From Podarcis bocagei (Eukaryota), in assembly GCA_964188305.1 (NCBI GenBank), contig OZ076890.1: DNA of 64,000 bases; one strand, written 5' to 3'. Below are positions 13,201 through 26,409 of the stretch, piece by piece. Under the pieces are notes generated by a model that saw only the letters and a program-made list of their open reading frames with translations, did not search any database and was not told the origin of the DNA. The translations under genes were made by a program, and so were the position numbers. The stretch's first letter is position 1, and each line of letters starts with the position of its first letter.

Positions 13201-13568
13201 GGCTCAAACTACACATGATGGTAGCAGAACCATTTATTTAAATCCACATCTCTACCAAAAATGTCCACAAAAGATGTGAACAGATTCCTTTTTTAAAGCA
13301 AAGATTGTATGCCTTTGGGGACTGGTGACCCTTTCCTCCATGTGCTGTATCTTCCTGCAGTTTGCCCCATTTTATTCTAAGCTGAGCTCCAATTCCAGAA
13401 GTGAGCTCAATGTGGAGAAGAAAAGGACTGGGGAGAGGCTTTAAGGTGGTTATTAGCAGTGTACATGTGGAAGGTTCAGTTGGCCTAAAAATCACAAACC
13501 CAACTCCACACTTAAAATGTGATTGAAGCAGACCTGGGTTTAAATACTGTCATGTGTAGCTTAATCCT
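13201..13568. mobile_element. Harbinger-like MITE nested in an older palindromic squamate repeat
   Basis: Imperfect TIRs GGCTCAAACTACACATGA / TCATGTGTAGCTTAATCC. The flanks (13146-13200 and 13569-13600) rejoin into the common ...TTACTTAGGAG...GGGA(C)TTA...AGTAAG...TAGGATTGCA repeat. Confidence 0.5.
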
Positions 13569-16500
13569 TGTTTTCAAGTAAGTGTGCTTAGGATTGCAAC
13601 AGAGTTTGTTAAGCAGTTTATAATGATTTATCTGATGGTGCACAAATACTGATTTTATGACAGTTAATATAATGCCTCACTTTGGTGTGTTTCAAACTGC
13701 AGATAGAAATCTTCAATTTCTCCTTACCTTCTAGGATTTAAATGTGAGTGATGTTGCCTTGCAGCATAGACATAAGGTATTCTCTGTAAATCCTTCAGGA
13801 TTCCTAGGAGGCAATTTGGAGGGGCCAAGATTTTGATGGAATGTCTCCCTAAGTAGATTCAGATATTGTCTATCATTATGTTTTGGGTCTCCTATGGATC
13901 ATTTTTTGCCTGTATCTCTGTGATTGGATGTGGGTTTTCTTTCTATTTTTGGCTAAGGGTGTATTGTAATGTCAATGCTAAATTCTTGATATTTCATACT
14001 AATTATGGAGAGAGAATTTTAAGATGTATTTTGAAATGTTTTATTTCTGTCAGGTCCATGTATGGTATTGCATTATGTTAATACCAATAAAATATATAGA
14101 GTTATTTATATACAAATGCATATATTTCCCTTTTTATAAAGGTGTTGCAATTTTTCATAAGGAAATAATACACAGCAACTGCTTGACAGCAGTAAGAAAA
14201 CTCTAGAAGCTTTAATATGTTTGAATAATAATAATAAAAACCCTGTATTCTGTAGGCAGACCAGTAGAAAATGCATGTAATTTTAAAACAAGGTTATTTG
14301 ACCTGGCATAGGTCTGTCAAGATTTGACTATAAATTCAGCTTCCACTATTTTTATGAGCACAGATCTAATGTTCTTGTTTTATCAAAATATGTTGATTAT
14401 TAGCTGATGTTTAGAAAGTAAAACAATAATCTTTGGACATACTTCATTCAAATATAATCACTTTAGTCCTGCTGATTAAATAAGGGAGTTTAGTGCAGGC
14501 CTAAATCCCATTGAAATCAATGGGGTTTGAAGTGCTTAACTTTGACTGGATTTAGCTGTTTATGGGCTGTTGTGTCGGTTGACTAAAGATACAATCTCCC
14601 TGCGTTTTTTAAATTAATCATATGTTCTGAGAAATTTACTGTAATTCACTGCTGTTTTGATGCTCGGCAAAAGCAGCCTTCAGTTTTTTATAGAGGGTCT
14701 ATTTTTTAGGGTTAATAAACTACTGCTTAGTGCATAAAGATTTGCAAGCCGGAAGATTTATTACTCAAGCCTAGCTGGATTGGCTTGAAACCTTTACAGT
14801 TTATCATTAAATTCTGTAATTAGACAGAAATGAAATGTTTTAGAAATGAATCAGGGAGCTAAAAGCTGAGATTAGAATTTAAAGTATCTTCCATTATCAG
14901 TTTTCAGTGATGGCTCATATGTAACACTTTGCCTAAGGCTGAAAGGAGCTGATATTCTGGCACCATTGTGCATTCAAATTTCAGCATGGACGTTTCTGTC
15001 CCAAATAGTGTATTGAATGACCATTTCCATTTTGCAGGGATATTCATGGCAGCAGTTAGCTGTCCAAGACATTAATTGCACATATCTTTGTAAAGCTTCT
15101 CTGTACTACTAAAAATAAAGTTTGTAAAATTCCAGTTATTATTTTTTTTCTTAATGCAAACAGGGGTTTTTTAACAAAGGAAAAAAGAGGTGAATTGCTT
15201 TCTACTTTCTTCCTTGGAGACAGATATTTCAGTGGTTCTGCTTTGCCGTTTTTTCTTAAGGCCTTTTCTTGTGATGAACCTGAACATTCACCGAATGATT
15301 CAGAATGGGCATATTTCTTTATTGCTTTCTCACACCATTTCTGATGTTACTAACTTAAGTTATAAGTATCCTGAGGATTTTTTTTTTGCAAGGGTTATAC
15401 CTCACTATGAAAAGCAACAGGACGGGCTATACACACAATATATCCAGCATATCATTCAAGTTATTCCTGTGGAAATAACACACTAAACTCATTGATGCAA
15501 AGCAGCATGCGGCACATTTGGTTTCATTGTAAAGCAATGAAGTTGGTTGGTTATCAGTAGCTATTGCCCTCAGTAAAAGTGTGCCCTACCTCTAAAAACA
15601 GATGCATAATTCAAAACTACATGGAAGAGCATCATGCTGCGTTGATTGCTTTCAGATGGGACATCTATCTGTCATAAAGTAAGAAACCTAACTACCATGG
15701 TGGTAGTCCTGGAAGCATAACTGGGCCTGTGTTGGCACTTGGAGGAGAACTGTGTGGTGCTTAGTAATTTAACCCCTCTATAGAGTTCGCGAAGATATTG
15801 CACTATTGGGCTATTCAGTGTAAAAGTACATAGATTAGGAGTGCACATTTGTTGGCCTCCTTACAGGGTGCTTTCATGGTTAAATCTATGTACTGTAGTT
15901 GCCATGGTGATACAACTATTGCTGTGGATCACTTCTGATCCATGAACAGAAGGAGATTTTGTTCACAGAAAGAGAACTGCGCTCACGTTGAAAATGCCCG
16001 TTCTGTGAGCGCAAGCTTTCTGTGATTACAGAACAAAACGTTACGATCAAAACTGGTACATATATTACATTTGTGATATGAGTAAAGATTGTGTACTGAG
16101 CATATCTGTACTGTATTCATGGTTGAATACTTGTCCTAAAAACCTTGGCAGACAAGTGTCACTCAAATTTGACTTGACTAATATAACTAAGACCAGCCAC
16201 CTCCACTATTTGTCATTTAACCTTTAGTACAGCCTCATATATGATAACCACATTTCACGCCGCAGATATTTTGCTAAAAGAACAATAATTACGTGTCACT
16301 TGTTGTAGGCTTTTCCATAAGAACAGGATTATCCCCTTCAAAACTGATTTCCCATAAGGTGAAACAAAAAACGAAACAAAGCCCCAACCTATTAATTGCT
16401 TACCGTGGTTCTGATTCTATCAGAATTAAGTATCAGAGTAGTATTGTATTACCTGATCCCTGAAATAATGAAAACTAAAAACTAATCTGCCATCGAAATC

Positions 16501-18058
16501 TGGTAGTGATTTTTTAAAAATTACTTGAGTTCTTTTCCCTACGACTGTGATTGCTTTGTTCACCACCGAAAAATACATGAAATAAACAAGCTGATCTATT
16601 TGTTGTATAGTGCTTAAACCAAATGAGCTAGGGTAGATTTATTAATGTTTGCCATTGCACATACATTATTTTGAAGCATATTTGTTTTCTGCTAATTTTC
16701 TGTTGATTTTATTTTTATTATTTTTCTCTTTTCTTTGTACTTTCTGTCAATAGCTACCTCTTATGACCTTCAGGTAAGAAGCTTGCTTAGTTGTTTCTTT
16801 CCTTTGAAATGATGAAGGCTCAGTGTAGTGTCAATCAGACTGTGCCTCTCCATACTGAAAGCCTTTTATGATGCTTTAAAATGGTTGTTAACCGGGTCAT
16901 ACCTCAAACCCTTCAACCAATTGCACATGACATAATCTCAATTAAGGTAGCTTAAGGGACAGTTGTTCTGAAATGCAATAACTTGTTCAAGAAACTAAAA
17001 TTCAAGGCCCAAACTGTATTGTGAAAGTTCCAGTTTTAAGACATGTTGGGATGGAACAAGCCCATTGGACACTGATTTCCACTTAGCAATGATTCCAGCA
17101 TCCTTGTAAGTGGGAAAAGAGGGCTGGGGGTTGAGGGCTGGTAATTTTTCTAGAGATAATTGATTATAATTGCAGTTCCTAAGACCCCAGTTACTGAAGG
17201 TAGAAAGGGGTAAAGTGAGACATAAGGATATGAGGGATAGTTGGGGAAAGAGAAAAGGAGTTTGGCAATGGCCATTTACCTGGTCCAAGGGTGGCCGGCT
17301 ATTGCGATCCAACACAGCCGCTCAGTTGCGCTTTGGAGCCTTGTCATTGCTTCCCGGCTGTTGGCCGCTCCCTCCAGCTGCCACAGAGCATCACAGATTC
17401 CCGCCTAACCCGTTTTTTAATTCAGTCAATCTGCAGCTGCCTGGGGGATTGTTTGTCTTTGGGAGTGGACCTGGAGACCACAGTTTTCACTCTGTTCTGT
17501 TCCCCAGGCATTAAAGCTGGCTGGCACTGCACTCTGAAGATGAGTTGGCCAGAATTATCATGTATAAAGAACCCTGTGGTGGAGCAGAGGGAAGTGAGAA
17601 AGTATGACAGGGCACAGGAAAAAATAAGTGAGCAACACGGGGTGCAGAGAATCCTGACAGTTTTGGAAAGACAGAAGAGACAACTGATGTGATAGATGAC
17701 GTGTGCTATGGAGTGCAGAGAGATAGGAGGGAGTTTGTGCTGTGGTGTAAAAAAAAAAAAGGATGGTTAACGTGAAGGGGACCTTGGGGATTCTGAGGTT
17801 CTGAAAAGTAGAAGATATACAATATGAAGCACAGAGAAAGGGGGTCTTAACTGATAAGGAAAGGACTAAGTTAAAATTGTAGCATAAATGTGTTAAATTC
17901 CGTAACTCAGGAGTCAGCCCTCTTGAGTTAATAAAAATACATAAGCTACCTTCGGTTCTGACCCCTGGCATTTGGCATTTGTGTTTAGTAATACTCCTCT
18001 TTAGCTCAATCAGCTGGGAATGTAGATTAACACATACCGTAAGTAACAGAATAAGTAA

Positions 18059-18405
18059 GGGACACGGGTGGCGCTGTGGGTTAAACCACAGAGCCTAGGA
18101 CTTGCCGATCAGAAGGTCGGTGGTTCAAATCCCCGTGATGGGGTGAGCTCGGTCCCTGTTCCTGCCAACCTAGCAATTCGAAAGCATGTCAAAGTGCAAG
18201 TAGATAAATAGGTACCATTCCGACGGGAAGGTAAACGGCATTTCCATGCACTGCTCTGGTTCACCAGAAGTGGCTTAGTCCTGCTGGCCACGTGATCCAG
18301 AAGCTGTACACCGGCTCCCTCAACCAATAAAGTGAGATGAGCGCCGCAACCCCAGAGTTGGCCATGACTGGACCTAATGGTCAGGGGTCCCTTTACCTTT
18401 ACATT
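18059..18405 (+). mobile_element. Sauria SINE (Squam1), full length
   Basis: GGGACACGGGTGGCGCTGTGGGTTAAACC head, B box, BovB-like ACCTTT tail, and a 13-bp TSD TAACAGAATAAGT (18044-18056 and 18406-18418). Confidence 0.95.
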
Positions 18406-18420
18406 TAACAGAATAAGTGA

Positions 18421-18637
18421 AATCATAGACTCTTAGAATTGGAAGGGACTCAACCCCCCTGCAAAGCAGGAATCTTAGCTAAAGCATCCATGACGGATGG
18501 CCATCCAACTTCTGTTTAAAAACCTCCAAGGAAGGAGAGTCCACCACATCTTGTGGGAGTCTGTTGTACTGTTGAACAGCTCTTACTGTCAGAAAGTTTT
18601 TCTGAATGTTTAGTCGGAATCTCTTTTCTTGCAACTT
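18421..18637 (-). mobile_element. CR1 LINE 3' fragment
   Basis: The minus strand reads like a CR1 ORF2 C-terminus (KRFRLNIQKNFLTVRAVQQYNRLPQDVVDSPSLEVFKQKLD), followed by a CTATGATT tail. Confidence 0.85.
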
Positions 18638-19769
18638 AACTTATTTTATTTTCGTATTATGCCATCCTTGCTCTCATTTGCAATACAGCTATTGGGGAAG
18701 GATTTAAAATAACTGCTATGAAAGAGAGTTAGGGTTGTATCTCAGAGCATTTCCTATCTAAAACAAGTTATTTCTTTTTCTTTCTCAAGTTTACAACAAT
18801 TTCTTATTTTCCACATGACAGATTTTACAAACGCTTAGTGCAAAATTCTGAAGACTTTGGCCAAAAGTTAAAACTTGCATTGCAGTTCCTGAGTTTAATT
18901 CTTAACAAAACTCTAGCAATGGAGCCAAGCTTTACATGTGGGGCAGCCTCAGTTTTTCTGTGGATCAAATGGGACAAAATAAACAGGCTATATGAAAAGA
19001 GGTGTTAAAGAAGGCACAATCCACTTGCTGCAACTGGTGTCATCAGTGGTCCATACTGTTCTTCTGTGGTGTCTGTAAATAATATAAATCACAGAGTAAT
19101 ACTCCTCTGATCATTCCATCGATCAGGCTGGAGATAGCAATATCTGAGGATGGAAAACACTAACAAATCTAGAAGAAAGATAAAACATGTAGGGCTAATT
19201 TTATGCCAATCCTTCCCCACCCCTTCAGTCTTTTGTGATCAGTATCTCTGTCAATCACATCCACAATATGTCACAAACACTTTCAGTTGAATCCAGAATT
19301 AGATTCACAAGCAAAGAGCTCCTCCAGACTATCTTGTTTATGAATCCTGATTTGCTTGTGCAAAGCACAGAAGGTTGGTTAGACTGTGTCCAGTTATTAT
19401 TGAGCATTTCTTCTGATTTGTTTGTGGGGAGATTATATGAAAATCTATTCATCTTCATTTGCTTGTGGGGTGTTTATATGCCTTTTCATTGATCAGTTGT
19501 ACATTCCATACTTTTCAATGCATTTCTCTGTCACTTTCCTAACTGCAAAAAGTCTGTTATTTTTTAAGTGTGGATGGGTTGCTGCAGGGGGGAAAGTGCT
19601 CTAATCTACTTCAGCTGTGCAAACTTATATATCTCACTTTGTACTTCAGTCCTTCCCACAAAATATTGACAATCTGCAGTTACCCAAATTTATAAAACTG
19701 TTGTCTTCTTGTCTAGGTCTTGGCTAAAAAAGAAACCAACCCTGACATAGAAGATTAGGATAATTTAAC

Positions 19770-19945
19770 ATTTATATATTGCATTCACATACATTGTCTC
19801 AGTGATTCATACAAGATCTCTGAAAGGTAGGCCAGTATTAATATCCCTATATTGCACCTGAAGGTTTGAAGCTAAGAAAATAGTAGCTTAGCTAGGGCCA
19901 TCATAGGAGTTCATGGTTATGATTTAAATCAGGAACTTCTCAGCT
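19770..19945 (-). mobile_element. Old MIR/CORE-like SINE
   Basis: Degenerate core (…CTCAGTGATTCATACAAGATCTCTGAAAGGTAGG…TATCCCTATATTGCA…). Confidence 0.45.
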
Positions 19946-21152
19946 CACATCGTTAGGCAGTTTTCTACATCAAAATTTTGAACGCAAACCAATTCAGTTT
20001 CCATTGCATTTTTAGGGAAGCACTCCTAAATTATAAAGATGTAGCCACGGCATATATATGATGGCAAGCTGTGAGATGCCATTAACTGTAACTCTGTAGA
20101 CACGTTGAATTGTTGTGGTGGTATATTTTTGAGGCATTTGGTTATGAATCCTGTCAAATCAAAGCAGAAAGACATATTTGCCTGCCTCTGATTTCAGTAA
20201 TTTGTACATTTTTTTAAAAAAACCAACTATATTGTATTTGTGCAGACTAGAAAGCAATTCTTGGCTTAGATATTTTATTGGAGCATTTTCTGTTTGGAGA
20301 AGACACTCTTCCTGCAGCAGTGTGTGTGCACTGATATGTATACGGAGCTCCAGTGGCTCATATATTTCAATTTAAAAGATTTTTGTGGCAGGAACTCTGT
20401 GCGCTCATTGAAGCCTGGTGCCCTCAAAGAGTATAGGATGAAAGTTCTGCAGTGTCATCCTATGTGTGTTTACTTGGAGGTAAATTGAGTTTGGTGGAAC
20501 TTTCCCCTAAGTAAGAGTGTTTAGCAATGCAGACTTGATAGGTTAGTCCTCTTCTATTAGATCTTTTTGCCAAGCACAATGGAAGGATTCTTTAGACAGC
20601 CTCTCTTCTCTCATGGTTTGAATTGTGAGCCAATTATAATATATATATAGATACATTTAAGCAAACAACACTCCCATTTCAACATGTAACAGGGCAATGG
20701 GTGTGCCCTTGGAAGTGCGCAATACAGTTCTCATCACCTGATTTTATACAGTTTTTGCACGATATAGATGATGATTGACTTTAAATTTGATATTAATGTG
20801 ACAAATTAATTTGGAAGCTGTATATTGATTGTCACATGATTATCTTTTTATATGTACCTGTGCTGGGAATTTGTAACTTACCATGACTTTTCACATTATA
20901 TATGTATATGTATAGAAATATATGTATGGGGGGAATATATGCATACACATATATAAATATCTGCATGTTGCAAAATACATGTATGCATGCATAAGGATTG
21001 CTCAAGGATTGCTCAGTCTACACATTTCATGCCTTTTCTGTAAGGAAATAATTTCAGTAAAATTTTGCCACATTTGAATAGTTAAACTTCTTAAGCCTTG
21101 TCATGGAATTTGAAACTAATTTAGGCTGATGTTTTTCAAACTATGCAGTTAA

Positions 21153-21374
<222 letters not shown>

Positions 21375-22224
21375 TAATTAGGCGGTCAGCAAATTTCACA
21401 AAAGGAGAGTTTCCTGCATAGAACTCAAGGGATATATTGCACATATTTAAAAATAGATGGACACTGGGAAATGCTGTACACAAAAGAGGTTCGAAGAAAG
21501 AAAGAAAACTTTCGTTTCTCAACAACAACAAACACGTTTACCTCAGTTCCCGTTTTAATGAAGAGTTAATCTGCTTCTGGTCCATTCTGTGGTAAATGAA
21601 GACATTATCCATAAGCCTGGTGATGTCACAGATATTTAGATACTATCATATTGCTTTGTGTACTTCAGAATATGAAATAATTTTGCCCCATTTTCAAAAT
21701 TCTCATAGGAGTACAGAATTTTTTATGTATCCAGGTACCATGCTCTGAGAATTCCCTTTTTGCCAATACATAGTAAATAGTGTAATGATAAATTGATTCC
21801 TCAGACACCAGAAAGAAATCCATTATGTTCCTTAGCATCTTTCTGTTGATATGGCAGAGATCCTCTTTATGTTCTGTTGCTTGTCATTTTCTGTATCCCC
21901 CCCCCTCCGCTCCCCGCCCCCCGCTTTCCTCCCCTTTGTTCTTGGCTTGTTTCCATCACAGCTACATATACACCGCTTTAGGAAAGTTTCTTGGGGAAGT
22001 TCCAAAATCTCAAACCACCACTAATTCAGAGCAAACATTCAAATTAGTCAAAACACCAAACAGAGTGGTTTTCAGATATTTTTTAAGGGAGTTTCCCACT
22101 GGTCTTAAAATGAAGCTATTAGGGTTTTTATCTAGAAATGGCATCTCAAAGTACAATGGTATCTCAGGCATGTTCTTTAAAAGCTAACAGCACAAGACGA
22201 AGGGTACTTTGTTCCTCATTCTGA

Positions 22225-22464
<240 letters not shown>

Positions 22465-25400
22465 AAGAAAATGATTTTGCCTCTTTGTGGCACTTCAGAC
22501 CTTTATCAAGTACACTGAGTAGCTTTTATATCGACTGACAGGAGATCTATTTTATTGTTTATGATATGAGTAAAGTAAAAATTCCATTGTCATTGTGCGA
22601 ATAAATACTTACATACTTTTTACGCTGCTGATGCTCAGTTTATGTTTACGTTTACAAACACTGGCTACGATCCAAAGAAGGAATATGCACTCGTGGGACA
22701 GAATCCTGCACATTTTGTTTGATATTGGTGCTGAAGAGTCTAAACTACTTTTAAACCGAAGAGAAACACATGCATGTTGCTTTCCTTGGATCGTGACCAT
22801 TGTTGTTAAGGATTAAAATATATATATTTTAATGAGTATATATTTTGGAGGATTACATTGATTTATCAAGTGAAAAGATGGCACAAGAACAGTGTTTTAT
22901 TACTGATTGTCAAATATGTTTCCTATTTTAATAGTATCTTAACTGTTGTAATGAGTTACACTTTCAAAATACAGCCTTTGTTTTGGCCAGTGTGGGAATT
23001 AAACTTTTATATTTGGTGGAATATTTTAGATATTTTAAAAAACGAAAAAAAGTATAATGCTGTGATTAGGATTGCATTTTAAAAAATGGTCAGGGAATAA
23101 GAGGGGTAAACTGGACTTTCATAAGCTAGATTATATATTAAACAGTCAAAGTTTCATTTTTCCAGTCTTTTGAGGGATGGTTAACAGACAACCTATAGCA
23201 CAGATTTAATTTGAGGATAAAGGGCTCTCCTTGTTTCAGTAATGGCAGAGAGCTGACTGGACAATATTATTGCCCTATGTTGGCCTCTTCTGACTCTTTT
23301 GCAGAAAAAAAAATATTGTACTGTTAACCAAAAGTTTCCATTCAGTGATTTTTTTTTAAGTCAAACTTTAAAATGTTTCAAATGTGCCAGCTCACGTAAA
23401 TTCCTGCTTTAAATATGAGATGTTCTGAAAACTCTGGTAAATAGGAAGGGGGCATAGGTGGGTGGGTTCAGCACATTATCAAAATACATAAATTTCCATA
23501 CACAATTAATGTGGTTCTCAGTTCCCTTAATAGGCTGCTTTCCTACATAACACAAAAACATGCCATAGTGCTCCATGAAAAGGCCCCATGAGCTTGAGTA
23601 AAGAGTTAGGCTCATAGATGCCTCCATCCCTTCTCCTTCTCCTGTAAGCTAGAGGAGGACTTGTGACTAGTTTACTTCCACTTTTAAAGAATCTTGGATT
23701 ATAGTCATGTTCAAACCATATATCCTGATTTAAAACAAACTCTGGCCAGTTTCCTAATAGTTCAGCTTCAAACAATGCATTATGAAGCCAGAGTTTGTTT
23801 TAAACTAGGATCCCTGGTTTCAACTTAACTATAAGCCTAGATACTTTAAAAATGAAACTATGCTTGCCAGAAGTCATCTTTCCATCAGGAGGAGGTGGGG
23901 GAGGTGGAATACATATGCCTGACATCACGCTCGTTGAAGCTTCTCCACACAGCAATAAACTGTGGCTTAGCATTATATGCAAATTCAGTCATACAAAATT
24001 CCCAGAAATCATTATTTGAGCAGAAAGAAGGCTCAATGGGATATTCCTCTATCCAAAACAAGATCCGTATTGATACAGAATGACTTGCATGCCATGTGAA
24101 ACGGATTATTATGTTAGCACAAGTGGCATGGCTGTAACCAGTGGCACTTTAGCGTTTCTTCTCATTCATGCGTTCCTCAGAATCCATACAATGTTTCTCC
24201 CAAACTATTGCACTCCTATTTATTTTCCACTGTCATCCCATTGTCTGATTTGCAGGTAATCTTTGAGTTTCCAGTGCAAGAGGTCCAGTGCAGGCCTTTC
24301 CAGATGTGAAACAACTTAGTGCCCTTGCGATGTGGAGGTGTGGCTTGTGATGTGCATGGCGATCGTATGTTATCCCACCCTTCTGTCTCTTCACCATTAA
24401 CATTTTGGGGGGAAATACCATCCTTTGCTATGGAGCTCCTGGAGTTGAAAAGGTAGCAAATTTAGCTAGAGGAATTAGGGTTAAATGGACACAGGCCTTT
24501 TCCATTTTATCTTTTTATTTTGGAGTGCACAGATGAAGGGGGTGGTAGCATTATCAATTTCCACGTTCAATATAAATGCACACACACCTATAGCCTGCAT
24601 CCTTGAGCAAGCACTAGAATGCATATACCTGCTGGTGTGTTTTTGAGGGAGGGAGGAGATGAAATTGACACGCTGCTTTTCTAGTTCAGTTCGTTTTGCA
24701 TTCTCTCTCGGAGCATATGCGAGCAAGGGTGGGCAGACGAAGGTCAGCAGCAGGAACTGATCTAAACTCTTGGTAACAGGAAGCAGCTTTCCCTCTCCTT
24801 GGAATATCAGGGGAGGTAGTGAGGGAGAGGGTGCTGCTTACAGTGGCCACTTGTAGTTTCCAAGGCAGCAGTAGCAGCACTGGACACTCCAGTGTTGGGA
24901 AAGGGATGGTTGAAGTTTCCTTAGCATAGCTAAGCCATCTGAGGAAGGTAATGCATGAGAGCTACATGTTGCCTGTTCACCCTCAGTCAGACTCGCCCTT
25001 GAATGACATTAGCAAAAATCTTTGTTTTGTGCTGATGATGTTTGGGAGATACTAGGAAGCAAAGTTCATTCCTCACACCTCCAGAAGAATGTTAGGTACC
25101 TTCGTATCATGAGACCCTTGTATTGCAGGGGGTTGGCTGCACTCTACATGCTTGCCACAAAATTGGTCTGGAGATGCCCCATACAGTCAGCTTCCCAATA
25201 AGCAAAAATACTACAGAAGTTGCAGCATTAATGATTAAACCCATCTGTGCCTGCCTAGAGATGCCCTCTATCTATCAGCACCTTAATTTTTGCCAAGACT
25301 GAGCATGACAAAAGAAAAAGTCCTTGTAGCTTCTTAATGCTTTTCTGCAGATGGGAGAAGTTGAGAGATGAGCTGATAAACCCCCAAATGGGATACATCT

Positions 25401-25830
25401 TTTAAAACCATCCTTTCTTATGAATTGTACTCTCTCAGCTAGCTTCCAGCTATAGTCTGTTCAATGCAGTGAATGTACTTATAAACATTTAAGAGCACAA
25501 TTATTTTCTGCTCTTGGGACTAAAAGAAGGATCAAAGGATTACTTGTTTCTTTTCAGCTGCATTTTGGATTCCAAGCGTCTTGCAAACTTTGCACAACTG
25601 TACAGGAGAGTGGCCTTTTTACAGCTAATTTTACGTAAATCTGTATTCAATTAAGACTGAATGGCAATTCATGCATTAAGATTTGTATGAATTTACAGGT
25701 CCGGTCAACTATTTATATCATCTATAAGAATCTCTTTGTATAAACAAATTATTTGACTGCATGATTTGTTTGTTATAACTTGTGATATTTTGTATATTTC
25801 TCACATAAAAATGCTTGAACAACGATCGTG
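22465..25830 (+). other. CNKSR2: Probable CNKSR2 3' UTR with several poly(A) signals
   Basis: Repeat-poor, AU-rich sequence. AATAAA at 22600 and 23954; CATAAA at 25804 with upstream TGTA motifs and a downstream GT/T-rich tract. The end point is inferred. Confidence 0.5.
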
Positions 25831-26033
25831 TTAATTGTTCCTAATGTTGAGTTTTGACTCCTGCTGCATCCCCCCCTCTACATTTTATGAATTCGCAATG
25901 TACATCAAGTGATATTTCTAGACATAACCATAGCCTTATGGTCAAAATCAACCTGCAACAGGATCACTTAATAGTTTAATAAGGACTCCTGCATCATACC
26001 AGAATTGCATAGTATCCTGCATAGAAATAGGAA

Positions 26034-26409
26034 ATGGCCATAGCTCAGTGGTAAAGCACATGCTTTGCATCTGAAAGGTGCCAGGTTCAATCCCTAGCAT
26101 CTATGGGTAGCGTTGAGGATGTCCCCTATCTCAAACCCTGGAGATCTGCTTGCAGCTGACCTTGGACTAGATAGAGCAACAGTCTGACTCTAAACCAGGG
26201 GTAGTCAACCTTTTTATACCTACCACCCCACTAATGCATCTTTCTGGTTGGTAAAATTTCCTTACCGCCCACCAGTGCTCAATGGAGGGAGGATTCAGCT
26301 TGTGCCATAGAACCCCGTACTGCCCACCCAGAATCCTGAAACGCCCACTAGTGGGCGGTAGGGACCAGGTTGACAACCTCTGCTCTAAACCATCTCCTTG
26401 TGTTCCTAA
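26034..26409 (+). mobile_element. tRNA-derived SINE (Squam2-like), interrupted by a MITE
   Basis: GGCCATAGCTCAGTGGTAAAGCAC..GGTTCAATCCC head and AAACCCTGGAGA body. The tail (TGTTCCTAA) resumes after the MITE. Confidence 0.8.
26196..26382. mobile_element. hAT MITE, 187 bp
   Basis: TIRs CAGGGGTAGTCAACCT / AGGTTGACAACCTCTG with a perfect 8-bp TSD CTCTAAAC. Confidence 0.9.

Noticed and set aside
26034-26105. tRNA-like sequence
   Set aside because: It has A and B boxes but continues into a SINE body, and the acceptor stem does not pair. It is a SINE head, not a tRNA gene.
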